Source: Pseudobacteriovorax sp.
GTDB taxonomy: Bacteria; Bdellovibrionota_B; Oligoflexia; Oligoflexales; Oligoflexaceae
DNA length: 15,208 bases
Reading direction: 5' to 3'
NCBI GenBank assembly: GCA_050293845.1
Contig: JBNKNM010000128.1
Location: forward strand, 1 to 15,208
Shown here piece by piece: positions 1 to 7,521 of this stretch. Position numbers and translations under genes: made by a program. Position 1 is the first letter of the stretch. The number at the start of each line of letters is the position of its first letter. Below the pieces are notes generated by a model that searched no databases, was not told where the DNA came from, and saw only the letters and a list, made by a program, of their open reading frames with translations.

Positions 1-2
1 TT

Positions 3-71
3 CGATGCTCGCCGCAGGGCTTCTCCATTCCTCCCAGCCCTAAAGAGACCGGGTTTCCTGGAGAAGTTTGA
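3..71 (+). CDS. Possible 3' end of an upstream gene translationally coupled to leuD (partial; leuC expected by context but not recognisable)
   Basis: Frame 3 is open from the edge to TGA at 69-71, overlapping the leuD ATG. The peptide RCSPQGFSIPPSPKETGFPGEV is not diagnostic. Confidence 0.35.
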   Translation, partial: RCSPQGFSIPPSPKETGFPGEV

Positions 72-655
72 TGAAAACTATAAAATCGATATTTGGAAAA
101 GGCGTATTTATTAGGGGAAGCAATATTGATACTGATCAAATTATTCCTGCCCGCTTTCTAAAATGCACTACGTTTACTGAATTGTCATCTGGTCTTTTTT
201 ACGATCAAAGGTTTACTGAGGATGGTACACCACTGGAGCATCCACTTAATGGATTTGAAGTAGGAAACATTCTATTTACAGAGGATAATTTTGGTTGTGG
301 GTCGAGCCGTGAACATGCTCCACAAGCACTTCAAAAGAGTGGTTTTGAAGCGATTGTTGGTCTTTCTTTCGGCTCCATTTTTAAAGCGAACTGCTATCAG
401 ATTGGCCTACCTTGTTTTATAATCGATCCCGATAACCTCCAATTAATAACCGGCGAGCTTTTTAAATCCCAATCAAATGATGTGAGAATTGACGTGGAGA
501 AGCTGAACCTTTCTTGTGGAGGAAAACAGTTTCGTATTTCTGCATCTCAGGGTGAACAGCAATCCCTTTTAGAAGGTAGCTATGATCCCCTAGCACAGTT
601 GCTGGCAAATAGAGAGAGGATCATGGAAATAAATATGAAAACTGAGAGAGTTTGA
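71..655 (+). CDS. leuD: 3-isopropylmalate dehydratase small subunit (aconitase swivel domain)
   Basis: Motifs NIDTDQIIPARFLK, NFGCGSSREHAPQAL and SFGSIFKANC. ATG at 71 is preferred over TTG at 68: GGAGA lies at 60-64 and the ATG overlaps a TGA (TGATG, 69-73) that closes a frame open from the window edge. Confidence 0.92.
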   Translation: MKTIKSIFGKGVFIRGSNIDTDQIIPARFLKCTTFTELSSGLFYDQRFTEDGTPLEHPLNGFEVGNILFTEDNFGCGSSREHAPQALQKSGFEAIVGLSFGSIFKANCYQIGLPCFIIDPDNLQLITGELFKSQSNDVRIDVEKLNLSCGGKQFRISASQGEQQSLLEGSYDPLAQLLANRERIMEINMKTERV

Positions 656-752
656 GAGGATATTTAGTGCAAGGATCAAATAGAGCACAGTCGAATTAGG
701 AGAAGAGTCTTCGAAAAATCGCTAGACCCTTCTCCAATGAGTAGAGAAAATG

Positions 753-769
753 GGCAGCACACGACTGCC
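753..769. terminator. Short hairpin between convergent leuD and cysH-like genes, possible terminator
   Basis: GGCAG-cacacga-CTGCC inverted repeat. On the minus strand it is followed by CATTTTCTCT. Confidence 0.35.
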
Positions 770-789
770 TATCATGGCCCTTATATTAC

Positions 790-1440
790 TTATACGACTG
801 ATAACAGCGAACAAACAGCACAACTTAATGATCTTACACCCTTTCCATGCATAGGGTTGTAAGGAATTTTACGCTCGTTAATAAAGCGCAAAATAACATC
901 TGCTGGCCAGTCGCTAAGAGGATTAATACGAAGAATTCCGTTATGGGTATAGTCAACCTCAACTTTTTGTGGCAGACCTTCCTCTGTTTTCAAGCGTTTA
1001 GCTGAAACCCAGCCTTGAGCATTTGTCAAAGCTCTTTCCCTTGGTTCATTCAGTCGCACATAGGAGCACAATTCAAAAGATTTTTGATTGTTTTTACATG
1101 AAAATTCCTGGTGTTGCAGTTGAGACAGCAAAGTCTTGTCGGGACGATAAACCGAAAATTTAAAGCCCCGTTGCTGGTATCTTTTAATTAAGGAATAAGT
1201 CGCATCTGGAAGCTTTCCCGTATCAACGTAGAATACAGTAGGTAACTCACCAATTTCTCTAAAAAGTTCGAGGATAATGAGATCTTCTAAGTTGAACTGG
1301 CATTCAAAATAGAGGCTCGGTGAAAAAATCTCCAGGGCCCAATTGAGTAAATCCTTAGCTGAGTCATCAATAAAAAGTTCATTTAATAAGTGAACTTGCC
1401 CATCTTTCCATTTTGGTTCAATTAACTCTGATTGATACAC
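790..1440 (-). CDS. PAPS/APS reductase (CysH) family protein, degenerate and C-terminally short
   Basis: Retains VFYVDTG, RINPLSDW, IPYNPMHGKG and SLSCAVC (compare SIGCxPCT). Lacks the C-terminal ECGLH catalytic motif. GTG start with strong AGGAGG RBS (minus strand, 1446-1451). Confidence 0.8.
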   Translation of the reverse strand: MYQSELIEPKWKDGQVHLLNELFIDDSAKDLLNWALEIFSPSLYFECQFNLEDLIILELFREIGELPTVFYVDTGKLPDATYSLIKRYQQRGFKFSVYRPDKTLLSQLQHQEFSCKNNQKSFELCSYVRLNEPRERALTNAQGWVSAKRLKTEEGLPQKVEVDYTHNGILRINPLSDWPADVILRFINERKIPYNPMHGKGVRSLSCAVCSLLSVV

Positions 1441-1923
1441 GAAAACCTCCTATTAACCTTAAAAAATGGGAGCTGAGCCTTCTAGATCTTTTTATCCATC
1501 AACTAATTGTACCTATAGCAAAACTTCAGTTTCAAGGTCATCTTTTCCCCAATGATACGAAAGCTTTCTTTGACCCTATGCCTTCCCATAATGATAAAAA
1601 CATAAAGCCTTCAGTGCACTCTTTTCAGGCTATCAAAAACTGACTGCTGCAAGCCTGTAAACAAAGAATAGGCAATGCTTCCTTTTTCGAATTTAGGGAA
1701 TTTGGATAAAATGTCAATGGATTGGGACACAAAATTTGGCCAAGCGTCCAAAAACACACCGCTTGGTATTATTCAGGTTTACTCTGATGATATAGTATAA
1801 TAATTATATTTAGTTATAGATATTTTTGCGAGAAATCTCCTAGTACACCAAGTTATCTTTCGTGGCGGTTAGCGCTTGCTTTCTCTAAACTTAAGGAATA
1901 AGGTTGGCCTTTTTCGGACTCCT

Positions 1924-2982
1924 ATGATTTTGCTGTCGGGCTACCATACGTCAAGCCACAAATATTGGGCTTCCCAGTTACTGAATATATTTCCAGATAT
2001 GGAAATTCTATCAATGCCAGCTCGCCATTTTGCTTGGCGCTTTCAAGCCAATAGTCTGCACTACTATCAATGGCTTCAAAACAAGCAATTTTCTGGCCCC
2101 GTTATTACCACTTCAATGGTTAATCTTGGAATGTTAAAGGGGCTGTTCCCACCCTTGGCTCAACAAAGAATCCTATTATATTTCCACGAGAATCAATTTG
2201 CTTACCCTGATCGACATACTCAAGGTCATACAGAAAGACTGCTGACAAGCATATATTCTGCACTTGCAGCTGATAGTATTGCTTTTAACAGCGCTTATAA
2301 TCGCAAGACCTTTCTCGCAGGGGTCACTAATTTTTTAAAACGGATGCCAGATTTTAATGATAAAAACTTTGTCGATATATTAGAAAAAAAATCAAGAGTC
2401 ATTCCCGTTCCTGTTATCGATCGAGAAACCACTGTAAACTTTTCATCCTTGAAGGCCCCCCTTCAAATCGTTTGGAATCATCGATGGGAATATGACAAAG
2501 ATCCCCAAACCTTGTTCTACTTTCTGAAACATCTAGATACCTCTGAAATCAGATTTAATATTGCTATTGTTGGCCAAACTTTCCGACAAACACCTCCAGA
2601 ATTTGAAAAAATCAAACAACACTTTTCTAATGTGATTTCAGTGTGGGGCTTTATTGAGGATCGTCAGGACTATGAAACCTTGCTACACAATTCCGATATT
2701 GTTTTATCCACGTCGATACATGATTTTCAAGGAATTGCTATGCAGGAGGCCATAGCTCATAACTGCATTCCTATCGCCCCTCATGATTTAGGATATTCTG
2801 AATTCATTCCTTCTCAGTACCTATATCCAATGTCAGACCACCCTGAAGAGAAAGCTCTGCATGCTTTCTCTTGTTTACAAGATATCATCTCCAATATTGA
2901 CACATTACCACCCATAGATTTAACAAAAATATCACTTCGTTATTTAAGTAACATCTATAAGAAATGGGTTTTTGAGAAATAA
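1924..2982 (+). CDS. GT-B glycosyltransferase, DUF3524 / GTDC1 (tRNA-queuosine alpha-mannosyltransferase)-like
   Basis: Motifs SHKYWA, MPARHFAWR, YFHENQFAYP, FNSAYNRKTFL, IVWNHRWEYDKDP and STSIHDFQGIAMQEA. ATG at 1924 (MILLSGY) is chosen over TTG at 1876 because it fits the family's usual N-terminus. Confidence 0.85.
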   Translation: MILLSGYHTSSHKYWASQLLNIFPDMEILSMPARHFAWRFQANSLHYYQWLQNKQFSGPVITTSMVNLGMLKGLFPPLAQQRILLYFHENQFAYPDRHTQGHTERLLTSIYSALAADSIAFNSAYNRKTFLAGVTNFLKRMPDFNDKNFVDILEKKSRVIPVPVIDRETTVNFSSLKAPLQIVWNHRWEYDKDPQTLFYFLKHLDTSEIRFNIAIVGQTFRQTPPEFEKIKQHFSNVISVWGFIEDRQDYETLLHNSDIVLSTSIHDFQGIAMQEAIAHNCIPIAPHDLGYSEFIPSQYLYPMSDHPEEKALHAFSCLQDIISNIDTLPPIDLTKISLRYLSNIYKKWVFEK

Positions 2983-3192
2983 CTTAGATTTCTTAAATCT
3001 ATTTGATCAATATCCAATAATTTATCATGCATAGGACAATTGTTAGTTAAGACTAAACTAACTAATATAACAGGATAGCAACAATTTATCTTTAGATAAT
3101 AGAAACTTCATGAAATTCTAACAATATAGATATTGAATCCTACTCAAGTATAAATTATTCTCATTTAAAATTTTACAAATGAGGAGACTATA

Positions 3193-4023
3193 ATGAAACT
3201 TCCTTTAAGTATTGCATCTGCGCTTATTATAGCGACATCGTCTTTTGGAGCAATTTGTGAAACTACTGCAGACTATTGGCCGGCTGAGTATACTGCTGGA
3301 GATGACAACATCAATGTTGCATTCTACGGTGATCTATCTCTACTCAACAACTGCACACAGCAACAAGCTGATGTTCATGCAGGAGCTGCTAGCAAACTTT
3401 ATAGTATCGACGTAGAAATTATAGATGCGGCTGCTGGTGCAAGCCTTGAGGATTACAATATATTTGCTATTAACGGTGAAATTGCTGTTTTTGGAATGGT
3501 GGTCGATGATTTCAGCTATGATTTCACTGCTGAGATTAGCTACGGAGATACCCTATCTTTTCCTGTAGAAATTTCTGACAAGCAAATTTTTTTTGCAGGC
3601 CCTATCCCCATTGGTGTTGACTATGGAATTATTGGTGAAGGGGGCTTAGAGTACAATGCGAATCTAAGAGCTTTAGCTTTGGGTTTAGATGTCATCCCTT
3701 TTGTAAAAACTAGTGTATTCGCGGCTGCTGGCATTGATGCCATCATTGCATCAGTGAAGGTTAGAGGTGAGTTGGCCTTAATCAACGATAGTTTTAATAC
3801 CAACTTAATCCTGGCCATAGATCAAGAAACTTTTGACAGAGCCTTTTTCACTGCATACGGCGAAAACGAGTTTAGTGCTTTAGATGGATCTATAGATCTT
3901 ATAGCCGAAGTGGGTATCGATCCACTTAAAGAATCATATGATTTAGAATTATATGCATGGAAAGGTTATTCCATAAGAGATGAAGCTTTTAATGTTGAAT
4001 CTGATATCCCATTTCCAAACTAA
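3193..4023 (+). CDS. Secreted, acidic, beta-strand-rich protein of unknown function (candidate lipid-binding sheet subunit)
   Basis: GAGGAG RBS at 3181-3186. Sec-type signal MKLPLSIASALIIATSSFGA. Alternating hydrophobic/small-residue strands and an FFAGPIPIGV hairpin-like motif. About 40 D/E versus about 10 K/R by hand count. Two Cys. Confidence 0.8.
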   Translation: MKLPLSIASALIIATSSFGAICETTADYWPAEYTAGDDNINVAFYGDLSLLNNCTQQQADVHAGAASKLYSIDVEIIDAAAGASLEDYNIFAINGEIAVFGMVVDDFSYDFTAEISYGDTLSFPVEISDKQIFFAGPIPIGVDYGIIGEGGLEYNANLRALALGLDVIPFVKTSVFAAAGIDAIIASVKVRGELALINDSFNTNLILAIDQETFDRAFFTAYGENEFSALDGSIDLIAEVGIDPLKESYDLELYAWKGYSIRDEAFNVESDIPFPN

Positions 4024-4037
4024 ATTTTATTAAAAGG

Positions 4038-4056
4038 TGCTTCCCCTAGGGAAGCA
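4038..4056 (+). promoter_or_regulatory. Intercistronic stem-loop
   Basis: TGCTTCCC-cta-GGGAAGCA, a perfect 8-bp stem with no U-tract, immediately before the GGAG RBS (4058-4061) of the next gene. Confidence 0.6.
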
Positions 4057-4067
4057 TGGAGCCTAAT

Positions 4068-5807
4068 ATGAAACGCATCTTTGCTACCCTTCTCCTTTTT
4101 CCTATCATCTTGTTACTAGGATACATGCGCAATAAAGAGTCCGTTTCTAGTGATCACTCAACGGCTATATCTGAAGCTGCTCCCGTTAGTATTGCTACCA
4201 AGCTTCCATGCCAATCTCATATTCGCTATCGTTATGAATTTTCCTATTACACTAGTGGGAAGCTATTGGTAAATAACCAAGAAAAATTTTTAGAAATGAA
4301 AGTTACCGGCGAACTCAATCGATTCTGCTTAAGCCAATTGCCTCAGAACATTCAATATCTTCAAGTACAAAATATAAATATCCAGCAAAACATGAACCTC
4401 AGCCAGAAAAAAATAACAAACCTTAAGCAAAACCTTAAACACGGTGTATTTCTTCGTAGCGAGGCAAAAAACTCAATAGCATCAAGCATCCGGGAATATC
4501 ATGGTTCTTCCACAATTATTCTGAGTGATCTTGTCAGCAGTTTTTTTCTATGCTTCAACCAACAAGATCAGGATCATTGGCAATGTACAGAAAAGCATAC
4601 TGATCACCAATATACGAGTCAATATCAAAAGAGCGATAGCGAAATTGTTAAAACATATAGTTACGGGGACATAAACAAAGGATTATTCAACGAGGAAATT
4701 CGGCTTTCGATCCCAGGGTATAAGTATATTTACTTCACCAAAAAGCAAAAGCAAAATCAACAGACAATGGCTTTTGCAGGCACTACGTCTATTAAATACA
4801 CCCTTAAGGATACATTCAACATTTCCGTAAATGACAAAAACAAACTGCTTCAAGAATTCAGCTTAGCTAAGATACCATTACTGCACAAACTCACTAAAAA
4901 AATGCAAAAGTCAGGATATGAAAAAGCCTTGGGACAAACCACACTCACCCAGCTATGGCAGCCGGGGCTTTTTGAAAAAGGGGAGCATTTCAAGAAGATA
5001 GTTGGTTGGCTGCTGCAAAACCCCAACAATGCTGATGCTATAAAGGATAAGCTTATCACAAACCAGCTTGATGCTCCTCATAAGCTCTGGGTGCAAGCTC
5101 TCGCTAAGGTGGGTAAGGCAGAACACCAGAAAGCTTTAACTGAGCTTTATCGTAATTTGGAAGATAAAGCAGATAAGCGTTTTACAATGACAGCCTTGGG
5201 GTTCGTCACCAAGCCCAGCTCTGAATCTATAGATTTTCTAAAAGAAATAGTAGCTTCAGAAGGTTTATCAGGTATGGGAAAGAATGCTATGTATAATATA
5301 GGAGTCATGAGCAACAAACCTGAACAAGAGGATCTTTATACCTATATCTTTGAGAGGCTTAAAAATGCATCTTCTGATCAAGACAGAATTATATTAATTC
5401 AAGCACTTGGGAATTCTAAGCATAGCGGTTTGCGTGAAGTCCTTGAACCATATTATACCCACGCCAGTCCAAAAGTACGCGCTGCTGCTATATTTGCTAG
5501 CCGATTTGTACCAGGAAGCTTTTCATCTTTACTTGGATTTTTGCAAAGCAAAACCTACTCAGACTCTCTTGCAGCAAGCAGAGCCGTAAAGTTTTTTCAA
5601 TTAAAATCAGAGAAAACCGTTGCTATACTCCAAAAATGGAAGGATATAGAATTTTCACAAGTACGTGATCAATTGATCAACACTATACGGGCTCAATACA
5701 AACAGGGAGTTTCAGAAACGGTAAGAAATCACCTGGAACAGGCAAAAGCAGTGGAAACCGATGCTAAGATTAGCGATAAAATAGGGAAAATTACTTTAAG
5801 TCATTAG
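4068..5807 (+). CDS. Membrane-anchored or exported protein with vitellogenin/MTP-like N-terminal beta-domain and lipovitellin/HEAT-like helical domain
   Basis: N-terminal hydrophobic segment MKRIFATLLLFPIILLLGY; ATG at 4068 has GGAG 6 nt upstream. The beta-region starts YRYEFSYYTSG. Helical repeats: QALAKVGKAEHQKAL, TALGFVTKPSSESIDFL, NAMYNIG, IILIQALGNSKH, VRAAAIFASRF. The HEAT-like call is firm; the LLTP assignment is by-eye. Confidence 0.65.
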   Translation: MKRIFATLLLFPIILLLGYMRNKESVSSDHSTAISEAAPVSIATKLPCQSHIRYRYEFSYYTSGKLLVNNQEKFLEMKVTGELNRFCLSQLPQNIQYLQVQNINIQQNMNLSQKKITNLKQNLKHGVFLRSEAKNSIASSIREYHGSSTIILSDLVSSFFLCFNQQDQDHWQCTEKHTDHQYTSQYQKSDSEIVKTYSYGDINKGLFNEEIRLSIPGYKYIYFTKKQKQNQQTMAFAGTTSIKYTLKDTFNISVNDKNKLLQEFSLAKIPLLHKLTKKMQKSGYEKALGQTTLTQLWQPGLFEKGEHFKKIVGWLLQNPNNADAIKDKLITNQLDAPHKLWVQALAKVGKAEHQKALTELYRNLEDKADKRFTMTALGFVTKPSSESIDFLKEIVASEGLSGMGKNAMYNIGVMSNKPEQEDLYTYIFERLKNASSDQDRIILIQALGNSKHSGLREVLEPYYTHASPKVRAAAIFASRFVPGSFSSLLGFLQSKTYSDSLAASRAVKFFQLKSEKTVAILQKWKDIEFSQVRDQLINTIRAQYKQGVSETVRNHLEQAKAVETDAKISDKIGKITLSH

Positions 5808-5923
5808 GATCTGTAACTCTGGGACTGTTTTTTTAGGATACTTACTCCGTAGCCAGCTATTGAACTCCTAGTAAAATTCCTTTATCGTTGCTAGATTCAT
5901 TTAACTTATAATGGGAGACCAAA

Positions 5924-6544
5924 ATGCTAAGAACACTCAGTTATATGTCTCTTTTTGTAATGGGTAGCTTTTACACTTCAGCATTTGCCAGCAAGACTTT
6001 CCCTTTGGATGGAAACGTTCGTACCTTGCAGGCAGAAGAACTGGAAAAGCCTTATTCACAAGATGAGCATTACTCATATAGTAAAAGCAAGTCATTTTCT
6101 CGATGGGTTTACAGCCCTTGGACGAAACCAATTTTCAAAAATAATCAATTGATTTTGAGTACAGATCGTGATCAAAAAAAACAGACTGTATTAATTTCTG
6201 AACTAAGGCTAAGCAGCGACCTATTATCACCCCAAAAATCCTACCAAATCATCTTAAAAAATTCCTATAAATGCCATGGTGACGAATCCTTGCAAAAACC
6301 CTGCAAAATTCGTTTGATGGTGCGTTGCTATGGTAAAACCAAGAGTTCCGATTGGGGTGTGACTTTCGAGAAAATTCAAAAATTTGAGGATATTTCGCCA
6401 GAAGGTATCGCAAGCCTTGATAAGAGTGTCATGGCCGGAAAGGATTGTAGTAAAGGTATTCATATCTCAGCAGAGGCCATCATTAAACCTGGAAATGTCC
6501 AATATGCATTCAAAGAACTTCAGGTAGGTTTCAAAGAACTTTAA
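5924..6544 (+). CDS. Secreted hypothetical protein, Lys-rich, four Cys
   Basis: GGGAGA RBS just upstream. Signal peptide ending SAFA. No recognised family. Confidence 0.7.
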   Translation: MLRTLSYMSLFVMGSFYTSAFASKTFPLDGNVRTLQAEELEKPYSQDEHYSYSKSKSFSRWVYSPWTKPIFKNNQLILSTDRDQKKQTVLISELRLSSDLLSPQKSYQIILKNSYKCHGDESLQKPCKIRLMVRCYGKTKSSDWGVTFEKIQKFEDISPEGIASLDKSVMAGKDCSKGIHISAEAIIKPGNVQYAFKELQVGFKEL

Positions 6545-6585
6545 TTGCACAAGTGAATAAAATCTCAATGTGCGATCATACCCTC

Positions 6586-6614
6586 ACAAAAACTGAGGAC
6601 TCTTTAGAGTCCTC
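6586..6614 (-). terminator. Rho-independent terminator (minus strand, possibly bidirectional)
   Basis: GAGGACTC-4 nt-GAGTCCTC at 6595-6614, followed on the minus strand by AGTTTTTGT. Confidence 0.65.
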
Positions 6615-6861
6615 TGGTGCTAACCACTATCTTCACTGCATTTAAATCTCATTTAGATACCTTCACATGTTCCTGAACTCTGCTACAGAGAAACTACCAT
6701 CTTTGCAGCAAGCTGCCATTTAAAAACATATAAAGCACGGGAATTATATTCCCTAACATTCAGTGAATATTACTTGCAGGTGTAAAATATTGAGATAAGC
6801 TTAAGTCATTATAGAGTGGAGCAGTTCAATTTTTTATAGGTTATGGTTTAGAGAATTGCCC

Positions 6862-7521
6862 TTACAAGGCAGCAACCATACCGACTATTTCTCTTGACAG
6901 GGATTCGATGGCTTCCCAATCTTCTTTTAATATCGCGTCCTTGGGAGCTACCCAGGAGCCTCCCACACATAGAATGTTTGGCAAAGAAAGATATTTCTTA
7001 AAATTATTCTGATTAATGCCACCTGTCGGGCAAAAATGAATGTCTGAGAAAGGCCCTGCAAATGACTTTAGAGCGCTCACTCCTCCTGAAGAGGTGGCTG
7101 GGAAAAATTTAAAACACTGGTAACCTTCCCCCATCCCCACCATAAGCTCTGAAACACTGGTTATACCGGGTAGGTAAGGCAACCCTATCTCTTTTGCATG
7201 TTTGAGTAAGGCTGGTGTTAAGCCGGGGCTCACTGCGAACTGGGCTCCTACTTCTTTTAACCTATCGAGGTGGCGCAAACTGGTAACAGTCCCCCCACCT
7301 ACAATAGCTTCAGGAACCATTTCAAGTATCATTTCAATGGCATCATAGGCGCAATGGGTACGTAAGGTCACTTCTATGATGGGTAAACCGCCTTTCACCA
7401 AAGCTTTTGCAAGGGGAACAGCCTGAGAAACACGATCGATGGTAAGGACTGGAACCACAGGACTCTTGCGCAGTAAGCTTTCCATTTCCTTTGAGTTTGC
7501 AGCAACAATATCGGCGGTCAA
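6862..7521 (-). CDS. eda: KDPG/KHG aldolase
   Basis: Motifs IEVTLRT, VGGGTV, FAVSPG, FKFFPA, FCPTGGI and VGGSW. TTG start overlaps the glk stop (TTGA), with AAGGAG 7 nt upstream. Confidence 0.97.
   Translation of the reverse strand: MTADIVAANSKEMESLLRKSPVVPVLTIDRVSQAVPLAKALVKGGLPIIEVTLRTHCAYDAIEMILEMVPEAIVGGGTVTSLRHLDRLKEVGAQFAVSPGLTPALLKHAKEIGLPYLPGITSVSELMVGMGEGYQCFKFFPATSSGGVSALKSFAGPFSDIHFCPTGGINQNNFKKYLSLPNILCVGGSWVAPKDAILKEDWEAIESLSREIVGMVAAL

Noticed and set aside
757..768. GCACACGA-CTGC similarity to the arm of the 13666-13710 palindrome
   Set aside because: The match is short and gapped, so it is plausible by chance; insufficient for a repeat family.
790..1440. DndC/SspD-type phosphorothioation or other PAPS-reductase-domain defence gene
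   Set aside because: It is short, resembles CysH-type reductases along its length, and has no dnd/ssp, cysteine desulfurase or nuclease neighbours.
1413..1643. 76-aa plus-strand ORF
   Set aside because: TTG start overlapping the start of the cysH-like gene on the opposite strand, no RBS and no recognisable motif.
1441..1875. Riboswitch (e.g. SAM) upstream of the cysH-like gene; CCAAGCG-N13-CGCTTGG inverted repeat at 1740-1766
   Set aside because: No riboswitch consensus recognised by eye. A single 7-bp inverted repeat is too weak to call.
3621..6463. Short ORFs 3621-3818, 4850-5059, 5407-5589, 5937-6131 and 6254-6463
   Set aside because: All are nested in or antisense to longer genes that have RBS and signal peptides; treated as shadow ORFs.
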